Assembly: GCA_964291675.2 (NCBI GenBank) | Contig: OZ219865.1 | Coordinates: forward strand, 896,001 to 960,000 | Length of the DNA stretch: 64,000 nucleotides | From: Alphaproteobacteria bacterium | Lineage (GTDB): Bacteria; Pseudomonadota; Alphaproteobacteria; MPNO01 | Reading direction: 5' to 3' | Part shown: one piece after another, positions 9,121 through 16,665 of the stretch | Numbering within the stretch: the stretch's first letter is position 1 | Layout of the letters: each line of letters opens with the position of its first letter | Translations under genes and position numbers: made by a program | The notes under the pieces: generated by a model | Database searches by the model: none | Told to the model about the DNA's origin: nothing | Seen by the model: the letters and a program-made list of their open reading frames with translations, nothing else

Positions 9121-9434
9121 CGATCGCCTTGGGCCGGAAGAACTATCTCTTCATGGGCTCAGCCAGCGGCGGCCGGGCCGCCGCCATCGCCTACACCTTG
9201 ATCGAGACCGCAAGGCTCAACCACGTCGACCCGCAGGCTTGGCTTGCCCAGGTTCTCGAGCGCATCCCCGACTACAAGATCAACCGCGTCGAAGAACTGC
9301 TGCCCTGGAACTGAACGCCGACCGCAGATCAGGGCCAAATCGCCTGAACGCCCAGGGCGGCTCCGCCCAACGCTTACGTTTCGAACAACGCGGCGGCACC
9401 ACATCGCTGTTCGCCCCAATGGAGGAAGCAAGTC

Positions 9435-10313
9435 ATGAATCGATATTCCATGTCTGCTGCGATCGCCGGAGCTTCTCTTGTTCTCGCCGCATGCGGCGGC
9501 GGCGACGGAACAGACGGCGGCGGCCCTTCGCAGCCCCGGATACCGGCGAGCCATACCATCCAGCTACCGATGACAAGCGGACCCGCCGTATCCGGTGTGT
9601 ATGACGAAGACAGCGAGCTCACGGGGCTCATGGTCGGGGAAACCGCGGTCGGGTTGAACCAGCGGATAAGTGGGGTCAGCGGCGGCGGCGGGCGCGAGGT
9701 CGTGGGACCGGTGCTGCAAAGCGGGGAGGTCATCGTTCGCCATGTCACCGACCACTGGAACAGGCGGACCGATGCGGTCGCGGCTTTCGAATTCATGTCC
9801 TTCGGAGCCTGGGCGACGGGGACGACGGAATCGCTCCCGGGCGGCGGAGCGGAATTCAACTTCCAAAGCATCGGCAGCGCCTATCTGACGGCCCTTGACG
9901 ATGCGAGAACGCCAAACGCGGAAATGCCGGCGTCCGGAACGGCCAGCTATCTCGGGCAGTTTACCGGCTTCGTTCAAGCCCATGGGACCGATGTGGACAT
10001 CCGCCGCACCACCGGCGACGTCGAGATGACCGCCGATTTCGCGAACGCCGAGACGACCGTGGATATGCTGTCCACGAGAGGTAGCAGGTTGGTACTTAGC
10101 GGCGCCATCCAGGGCAGCGAGTTCTCGGGAACCGCCATCGATCAGATGTCGCCCAGCTCGTTGATCGAGTCCCAGGGCGCCACAGCGCGGTTCAGCGGCG
10201 GTTTCTACGGGACGGCGGCCGTCGAGGCGGGCGGCGTGTTCGAGGTCGTCGGAGGCCGCGCGCAGGATCCCGGCCGCCTGGTGGGCGCGTTCGGCGGACG
10301 CAAGGACCAGTGA
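9435..10313 (+). CDS. Surface lipoprotein with transferrin-binding-protein-like (TbpB) beta-barrel
   Basis: GGAGG RBS; lipobox LAA-C followed by GGG; MPASGTASYLG, ADFAN, GGFYGTAAVEAGGVF...GAFGG. Confidence 0.8.
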   Translation: MNRYSMSAAIAGASLVLAACGGGDGTDGGGPSQPRIPASHTIQLPMTSGPAVSGVYDEDSELTGLMVGETAVGLNQRISGVSGGGGREVVGPVLQSGEVIVRHVTDHWNRRTDAVAAFEFMSFGAWATGTTESLPGGGAEFNFQSIGSAYLTALDDARTPNAEMPASGTASYLGQFTGFVQAHGTDVDIRRTTGDVEMTADFANAETTVDMLSTRGSRLVLSGAIQGSEFSGTAIDQMSPSSLIESQGATARFSGGFYGTAAVEAGGVFEVVGGRAQDPGRLVGAFGGRKDQ

Positions 10314-10421
10314 TCATCCGCATGTGACTGTCGCGCGGCTCCAATCGAATCGGAGCCGCGCGACCTCCTCCCCACCCGTCATATCGACCGGAGCGGAGAA
10401 ATCCCTCGTCACCCCCACCCC

Positions 10422-10505
10422 GTCATGGCCGGACTTGTTCCGGCCATCCACGCCGCCCGCAAGGCAAGCCGGCCGCGAGAGATGCCCGGAACAAGCCGGA
10501 GTCGA
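10422..10505. repeat. Alphaproteobacterial REP/REPIN-like palindrome pair
   Basis: GTCATGGCCGGACTTGTTCCGGCCATCCAC followed by a degenerate inverted copy GATGCCCGGAACAAGCCGG. Confidence 0.65.
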
Positions 10506-10993
10506 TTCTCTGCCGATTCCATAGTGCACTGAAATATCGCAATAAATGGCGTATACCCGAAGACGGAAATCCAGAATGTGCCGTTTCAGTCATCAAACCG
10601 AATGCAACATTTTTCAAAATTGAGACGGCAATCGACAGTGTGTGGCAGCGGATTACCATTTTCGAGCATTGAGACCAAATCGTAATGCCGATGGGTGGCG
10701 ACTCGATGGACGGAAATTCAGGCGACAGGCGTTTGCGGCGAAGAAAAGCTTGGGCCTTCACGCTCGGTGATGGGCATTGCGGGTCAATTCGCATACGCGC
10801 TGAACGACGATTTGCGAGGTCTGGTCTCTAGCTTCTAGTCCGTAAGGCCACTACCCTCCGCGCCGCAGCCGATCTTGCGGCTTTGGCACCGCGACCTCAT
10901 GCCTGAATCAGGGTATCCGCCAACTCTCCGTGCCGCATCGCCACTTTGCTTTGCAACTCGGGACGTGCCGTCGGACCGGGTGGGAAAGGATCG

Positions 10994-11468
10994 ATGACCG
11001 TCAAGTTCATCCATACGTCGGACTGGCAGGTCGGGAAGGTCTTCCGCTTTGTCGACAATGCGACGATGGGGCTTCTCCAGGAAGCCCGACTGCGGGCCAT
11101 ATCGCGGCTGGGTGAACTGGCCGGGGAGCACGACGCGGACCATGTACTGGTGGCAGGCGACGTCTATGACATGGAGGCGCTGTCGCCGCGTTCGCTTAAC
11201 CAACCACTGGAGCGGATGCGTGGATTCCCCAGCGTCCGGTGGCATCTGTTGCCGGGCAATCATGATCCGCACCGCCCCAACGGGATCTGGGATCAGCTCC
11301 TCCGCATAGGTTTGCCCGAGAACGTCAGCGTTCATGTCGCGCCCGAGCCGGCGGTAGTTGAGAACGAGGACTTTGTCCTCTTGCCGGCACCGCTGCTTCA
11401 TCGCCGGACGCTCGACGATCTCACGGCCTACATGGACGACGTTGACTTGCCCGAAGGTCTAGTTCGGT
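10994..11468 (+). pseudogene. SbcD/Mre11-like metallophosphoesterase, 3'-truncated at IS1380
   Basis: FIHTSDWQ, LVAGDVYD, LPGNHD; stops before the expected AHG motif. Confidence 0.8.
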
Positions 11469-13076
11469 CTATTCGGCACGGGGCGATGAAGTAGCGGCGA
11501 ACGTGGCGTAAGTCGTTGTCATAGGGTAGAAATTCGTTGTCCAGCGACCTTCTGCCCCGGCAACGAAAGCGCCACGCCCGCCATCACCGAAGTTAGCCTT
11601 CTCCCGTTCGATCTTCCAGCCGTACAACGCAAGAAGGTGACCGCCGATTTCGCGGGCGGCCTGATCTCTTCCGACGGCGGTCTGGTGCTGCTGGGCGCGG
11701 CGGAGCGCCGGCTCGGGCTGGCCGATGCGCTGGCCGGCTGCATCCGGGAGTGGCGCGACCCGGCGCGGACGGTGCACACGCTGGCGGCGATGCTGCGCTT
11801 CCGGATGTTCGCGATCGCCTGTAGGTACGAAGACGCCGACGACTGCGATGCGCTGCGCGGCGATCCGCTGTTCAAGCTGGCGGTGGGCCGGGCGCCGGAG
11901 AGCGGGCGCGATCTGTGTTCCCAGCCCACCATGAGCCGTCTGGAGAATGGGCCCTCGCGGATCGCGGTGGCGCGCCTGACGGCGGCGCTGGTCGACATCT
12001 TCTGTCGCTCCTTCCCGATCCCGCCGGCGGCGATCACGCTGGACATCGACGACACCTGCGACCGGGTTCACGGCCACCAGCAGCTCTCGCTGTTCAACGC
12101 GCATTACGACACGCGCTGCTTTCTTCCGGTCCATGTCTACCATGTCGAGAGCGGCAGGCCGGTGGCGGTTCTCCTGCGCCCCGGCAAGACGCCGTCGGGC
12201 GTCGAGGTCCGCACCCTGCTCAAGCACCTGGTGCGCCGCATCCGCCGGCACTGGCCGCGCACCCGGCTGACCGTCCGGGGCGACAGCCATTACGGCCGCC
12301 GCGAGGCGATGGACTGGTGCGAGGCGAACGGCGTCGACTACATCTTCGGCCTGGCCGGCAACGCCGCCCTGCACGCCCTTGCCTACGCCGTCGGCGACGA
12401 CCTCAAGCTGCGCCGCGCCGAGGCCGGGGTCGACCGGATGCGCGGCTTCGCCGACTTCGCTTACGCCGCCGGATCGTGGAACCGCGAACGCCGCGTCGTC
12501 GCCCGGCTGGAGGCCACCGCGCGCGGCTTCGACGCGCGCTACATCGTCACCTCGCTCGAAGGCTCGCCGCGCCGTCTCTACGAAGCGGTGTACTGCGCGC
12601 GCGGCCAGGCCGAGAACCTCATCAAGCAGCACAAGGTCCAGCTCGCCTCCGACCGCACCTCCTGCCAGAGCCCGACCGCCAACCAGTTCCGCCTGGTGCT
12701 CCACACCGCCGCCTACTGGCTGATGCTCGCGCTCCGCGACGCCGTGCCGCGCAGGATGCCGCTCCACTGGGCCGAGTTCGCGACCCTCCGCAAGAGCCTG
12801 CTCAAGATCGGCGCCCGCGTCGTCGAGAAGGCCGCGCGCATCCGCATCCACTTCGCATCGGCCTGCCCCGACGCCGCCCTGTTCCGCATGCTGGCCGGGC
12901 GGCTCGCGGCCTCGGGACCCTGACCGCCGGGGCGACGTGCCCCAAGAGCCCGAGACCCTTCAACCCCCAACCCTGACAACGAAAACCGCGGACCCCGACG
13001 CCCCAAAGGCGCCGAACGGTGGCCCTTGCGCGCTCGACATTAACCGTTAAACGCGCCGTCTCGCGAATAAGTCGGG
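11463..13076 (+). mobile_element. IS1380-family insertion sequence (ends approximate)
   Basis: Imperfect ends TTCGGTCTATTC / GAATAAGTCGGG, each flanked by CTAG; single transposase. Confidence 0.75.
11583..12923 (+). CDS. IS1380-family DDE transposase (homologous start position is ATC at 11583; first GTG at 11637)
   Basis: LPFDLPAV..KKVTADFAGG..SSDGG, SQPTMSRLEN, TLDIDDT, RGDSHY, YCARGQAENLIK. Confidence 0.88.
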   Translation: MTEVSLLPFDLPAVQRKKVTADFAGGLISSDGGLVLLGAAERRLGLADALAGCIREWRDPARTVHTLAAMLRFRMFAIACRYEDADDCDALRGDPLFKLAVGRAPESGRDLCSQPTMSRLENGPSRIAVARLTAALVDIFCRSFPIPPAAITLDIDDTCDRVHGHQQLSLFNAHYDTRCFLPVHVYHVESGRPVAVLLRPGKTPSGVEVRTLLKHLVRRIRRHWPRTRLTVRGDSHYGRREAMDWCEANGVDYIFGLAGNAALHALAYAVGDDLKLRRAEAGVDRMRGFADFAYAAGSWNRERRVVARLEATARGFDARYIVTSLEGSPRRLYEAVYCARGQAENLIKQHKVQLASDRTSCQSPTANQFRLVLHTAAYWLMLALRDAVPRRMPLHWAEFATLRKSLLKIGARVVEKAARIRIHFASACPDAALFRMLAGRLAASGP

Positions 13077-13264
13077 CTAGAGCGCGCTAAGGTACGCAAA
13101 ATTTCGACTGACGGTGACGTCGGCGCCGAGGCGGCCGACCAGTTCCGCGTGGTTCTTTCCGAAGGCCATGACGATCTCGGGCTCGGCGTGATCACAATCC
13201 CGGTCGTGGTGCTCGCGGGCCTGCTCGGACCGCTCCCGATGGCGGGCGGGGCCGTGGTGCTCAG

Positions 13265-13339
13265 CCTGGGAACGCCGGAGAAGAACTGCGAAACGTCGTG
13301 GCTGGGCGAGAGCGGCTCGGGCGGGCCTAGCGGTCCCAC
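13265..13339 (-). pseudogene. GNAT (TacT/AtaT-like) toxin, N-terminal remnant only
   Basis: PLGPPEPLSPSHDVSQFFSGVP overlapping the DUF1778 stop, then similarity is lost. Confidence 0.6.
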
Positions 13340-13584
13340 TGGGGCTGGCGCGCGTAACGCGCCTTTACGGCCGGATCGATCACCACCGGCGCGTCGAGCG
13401 CGGCGACGAAATCGTCCCAGGTCTCGTCGTCGAGTGCGATGACGGGGCGCTTGTTGAGGATCTCGATCGCCGCCGCCTCGCTCGACCGGAGCACGAACTC
13501 GGTTCGGGTCAGCCCCCGGATTTCGGCGGCACGGTCGATGACGGCCAGGCGCTCGCTGGACGTGCGGAAGTTTACCTGGGGCAT
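13327..13584 (-). CDS. DUF1778 (TacA-like) RHH antitoxin
   Basis: VNFR...IDRAAEIRGLTRTEFVLRSSEAAA...LDDETWDDFVAALDAP; AGGAG RBS. Confidence 0.85.
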   Translation of the reverse strand: MPQVNFRTSSERLAVIDRAAEIRGLTRTEFVLRSSEAAAIEILNKRPVIALDDETWDDFVAALDAPVVIDPAVKARYARQPQWDR

Positions 13585-13696
13585 GGCGGTCTCCTTCCTG
13601 CGCAAGGCGCGGGGTGTTGCCTCGATTTCAACGTATCGGATTTGTGTAGATGGTCGACAATCGGCCGCCCGCGGGCCGGCTGCGCAGCAGGACGGT

Positions 13697-13755
13697 GAGC
13701 GTCGGGTGATCGCCCGGCTCGAGGCCACCGCGCGCGGCTCCGACGCCCGCTACAT
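13697..13755 (+). pseudogene. About 60-bp internal fragment of an IS1380 transposase
   Basis: ERRVIARLEATARGSDARYI versus ERRVVARLEATARGFDARYI at about 12486-12546. Confidence 0.75.
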
Positions 13756-13784
13756 TCGGTGATGTTTCGTGGTCGGAACGATGT

Positions 13785-14234
13785 TCATCCAGGCTCGGCA
13801 GCCCAAGGATCTACGGTCTCGAGTCCGGTGTTACGGAACTCGCCCGTGTTCCGGGTCACGATTGCAAGTCCGCGCGTCGCCGCCACCGCCGCGAGGAAAG
13901 CATCTGGCACATGGTCGTCGAGCGGTTCGCCGCGCCGGCGCTTGTCCTCCATGATCCGCGCACAGGCCTGCGCATCGGCCTGGGACCAGTCGATGATCCG
14001 GTCTTCGAACAGCTCGTCGAGAAGATCCTGGAACCGGTCGGCGAGGTCGCGCCGTCGCCGGCCTGGATTGATCCGACCGATTCCGTCCAGCACCTCCCAG
14101 ACGGTGACAGAAGAGAGCCCGAGGCCTTCGTCGGCGATCGAATCCAGAAAGGCGGCAACCTGAGGCTCGGGCTGCGGCCGCATCATTTCGGAGACGACGT
14201 TCGTGTCTATAAGCCACGCGAGCGGTGCGGTCAT
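13785..14234 (-). CDS. PIN-domain VapC/FitB-like toxin
   Basis: WLIDTNVVSEMMRPQP, DAFLAAVA, IVTRNTGEF...VDPW. Confidence 0.9.
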   Translation of the reverse strand: MTAPLAWLIDTNVVSEMMRPQPEPQVAAFLDSIADEGLGLSSVTVWEVLDGIGRINPGRRRRDLADRFQDLLDELFEDRIIDWSQADAQACARIMEDKRRRGEPLDDHVPDAFLAAVAATRGLAIVTRNTGEFRNTGLETVDPWAAEPG

Positions 14235-14488
14235 TCCTCCTCCTCAGGGGAGAATGACAGCGGCTTGTAGCCGCGACGCACCGTCGGTGGAAGCTCCACA
14301 CCGTGCTCTTCCCCGAAATGCCGCGCGAAGGCCTCGGACGGTTTCGGGCGGCGCTCGGTCTTTGTGCGCTTCTCATGGATCAGGCGGCGAACCAACTCTT
14401 CCATCGACACCCCAATTTGGCGGGCTTCGCGTCGGAGCCAGGACTTGTCGCCGGGATCGATATCGCGGACGGTAATGCTTGTGCTCAT
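14231..14488 (-). CDS. FitA-like RHH antitoxin
   Basis: SITVRDID...LRREA...SMEELVRRLI...GVELP; 4-nt overlap with the toxin. Confidence 0.85.
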   Translation of the reverse strand: MSTSITVRDIDPGDKSWLRREARQIGVSMEELVRRLIHEKRTKTERRPKPSEAFARHFGEEHGVELPPTVRRGYKPLSFSPEEEE

Positions 14489-14599
14489 TTCGGCGGCTCC
14501 GGCAGGGTCGAAAGTCTGTTCATAGGCTATCATGACAGCAAATTATGCTATCATGGCTTGCGGGTCAAAGTCTCGTGGCCGCCATTCTCGACCGAATAT

Positions 14600-14714
14600 G
14601 CAGGGTACTCAGACAATGCCAGCTACAGCGACATGACTTTCGAGCAGAAGGTTAGTCACTACGCCAAGCAGAACCTGTTAGCCCAATCGCTACACCCCAT
14701 CGCCTACGAGAAGA
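14600..14714 (+). pseudogene. Fragment resembling the C-terminus of a DUF262/DUF1524 (GmrSD-like) protein
   Basis: NASYSDMTFEQKVSHYAKQNLLAQSLHPIAYE, cut by an IS66 end; low GC. Confidence 0.45.
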
Positions 14715-14925
14715 GTAAGCGGTTCGAACGCCACACGTGGGTTTCAGCTTGACGAGCGGGCGAAGTTCCACGGGAGCAGTTCGTCGATGCGGTCGTTGGG
14801 ATGGCCAGCCGCGATGGCTTCGAGGGTGGCCTTGAGCCAGGCGTAGGGCTCGACGCCGTTCAACCTGGCCGTCTGGGTGAGCGAAGCGATCCGGCCCCAG
14901 GCGACCGCGCCTTCGTCATGACCGG
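14715..14925 (-). mobile_element. IS66 right-end remnant (IRR and tnpC C-terminus)
   Basis: GTAAGCGG at 14715; GHDEGAVAWGRIASL...NGVEPYAWLK...IDELLPWN, similar to 22533-22740. Confidence 0.85.
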
Positions 14926-14948
14926 CGATGCGGCGCGTCGATCAAGGG

Positions 14949-15160
14949 TTAGCCTCCGAGCGCGACGCCGACCGTCTCGGCGGCGTCGTGCATCATGGCG
15001 TCGGCGGTATGTGTGTATTTCAGCGTCGTTTCTGCCCTGCAGTGGCCGAGTAGCCTGCCGATGGCCAGCACGGTTTCGCCCCGCCTGGGCGCCAGGCTTG
15101 CCACCGAGTGCCGAAGGTCGTGGAGATGCACGTCCTCAAGCTCCGCCTCGGTGCGGACAT
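14949..15160 (-). pseudogene. Tyrosine integrase C-terminal fragment
   Basis: HLHDLRHSVAS...IGRLLGH...TTLKYTH. Confidence 0.8.
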
Positions 15161-15263
15161 GGTGTGTGCGGCATAGCGCTGATCCTGTCCCTGGTGACCA
15201 GTCACGAAGATCGTCCCGTTCGGGTGGCGGCGTCCTACGTTTCTGTGTGCGGCGGGCGAGCGC

Positions 15264-16190
15264 CTACGCGGTGCGCCCGAGCGCGGCGTCGCGCACGGAC
15301 TGTTCGAGCATCCTGAAGGGCTCCAGATCCTCGGCCGAGCGGCGGGCGATGAATCCGGCGCGGTAGCGGCGTCGGCCGAAGTCGAAAGGCAGGGCCTTCA
15401 GCGGCGTTCCGGGCAGCCGGTCGAGCAGGTCGAGCGGTAGCCAGGCGAGCCACGGGCCGGCCGCGAGCAGGGTCAGGCCGGCCGAGCCGGCGCGGAGGAC
15501 GGCGCGCACCGGCCCGCCGGTGAGTTCGCGCAGCTCGTCGAGGACGGCGGCCAGAGACGGACGGACGGCATCGGCGCCGGTCCCGGCCGGCCCGTCGAAG
15601 TCGATCCAGGGCCAGCCGGCGAGGTCACGGGGCTCCGGCCCGGCGGCGTGGAGCGGATGGCCGCTTGCGGCGCCGACGCCCCCGGTCACGTCGAGGAAGC
15701 ACTCGCGCCTGAGGTGCGCCGGCAGGGCCTCGCCGGTGTCGAGGCCGCCGCAATGGAGATCGCTGCGGCCGTCGTCGAGCAGCCGGACGGCCTCGCGCCA
15801 GGCGGCGGTGCGGAGCCCGAGCTCGACCTCGGGGAAGGCGGCGTGGAACGCCTGGACGGCGGGCGCGACCGCGGCCTGCATCCAGAGCGGCGCCGCGGTG
15901 ACGCGGAACCGGCCGGTGGGCCCGGCATGGGCGGCGGGCACCGCCTCCTCGCCGTCCCCGATCTCGCGCAGGATTCGGCGCGCGTGCCCGACCACCAGGG
16001 CGCCGAGCCGGGTCGGGCGCACGCCGGCGCGAATGCGCTCGAACAGGCTGCCGCCGAACTCCCGCTCCAGGTGGGCGAGAATGCGGCTCAGCGCCGGCTG
16101 GGTCATCGCGAGCCGGTCGGCGGCGGTGACGACCCTCTTCGCGTCGGCGACGGCGAGCAGCCGGGCCAAATCGCTGCGCCGTTCGAACAT
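15264..16190 (-). CDS. LysR-family transcriptional regulator
   Basis: AADRLAMTQPALSRILAHLEREFGGSLFER...GVRPT; divergent from the adhesin. Confidence 0.85.
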   Translation of the reverse strand: MFERRSDLARLLAVADAKRVVTAADRLAMTQPALSRILAHLEREFGGSLFERIRAGVRPTRLGALVVGHARRILREIGDGEEAVPAAHAGPTGRFRVTAAPLWMQAAVAPAVQAFHAAFPEVELGLRTAAWREAVRLLDDGRSDLHCGGLDTGEALPAHLRRECFLDVTGGVGAASGHPLHAAGPEPRDLAGWPWIDFDGPAGTGADAVRPSLAAVLDELRELTGGPVRAVLRAGSAGLTLLAAGPWLAWLPLDLLDRLPGTPLKALPFDFGRRRYRAGFIARRSAEDLEPFRMLEQSVRDAALGRTA

Positions 16191-16665
16191 GTCAGCGCGC
16201 CCCCGTGTCCGGACGGTCTGGCTGCTGACCAGACCGGCGGGCCGCATCGTGCCGTTTTCGTGTCCCGCGCCGTCCCATTGCGTATGCCGTCCGTGGGCTT
16301 CTCTCCGGTCGCAACCCTCGTGTGCGCGCCTTCCGCGAATACGGGGACGCGCGGCGGCGGCGTCCAGGAGCGTGTTCCTGTCGCGCGGATAGCTTCGCCC
16401 TATGGGACCGGGGGTTCCGGCGGGCGCGGGCGCCGGGACGCTTCCGAACGGGGCGCTGGAAGCGGCGGCCGGCCTCCCCGCCGCCATGCCCGGCCGGCAT
16501 GCAGATTCTCCGGATCGGCATTTCCAATTGCGCCCCCGAGCCCTTAATGGATCGGGTGCTGGACTCGGCAACGCGGCCGCCATGGCGGCCGGGCGGGACT
16601 CCGAAAAACCGCGACAAGAAGTTGCGCCCGACAGCGTCGGCTATCGGGCGCAAGGAAGGCGTGCG

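Larger units (their letters stand above)
6544..9127 (-). mobile_element. Minimal integrative element encoding a large serine recombinase
   Basis: Flanked by direct core CGATCGC (6537-6543, 9121-9127); subterminal IR TCATTCTGC (6554-6562) / GCAGAATGA (9107-9115). Confidence 0.88.
5225..9314 (+). pseudogene. tnpC: IS66 transposase TnpC interrupted by a serine recombinase element
   Basis: 5225-6543 + 9128-9314 rejoin in frame (501 aa): leucine zipper, CADCG/CGGC zinc finger, ADDTP, HSDGY, NNPAERAMRPIA|LGRKNYLFMGS, ELLPWN. Confidence 0.9.
1..9377 (+). mobile_element. IS66-family insertion sequence carrying two nested elements; left IR probably starts about 3 bp before the window
   Basis: tnpA-tnpB-tnpC order; right end ...CCCAACGCTTAC at 9377 (reverse complement GTAAGCG, IS66-type); window starts AGTGTCC, consistent with (GTA)AGTGTCC; removing both insertions leaves about 2.4 kb with intact frames. 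Confidence 0.9.

Noticed and set aside
13190-13230. IPVVVLAGL on the plus strand as an inverted piece of the GNAT toxin
   Set aside because: The match is only about 8 residues with no flanking similarity; likely chance.
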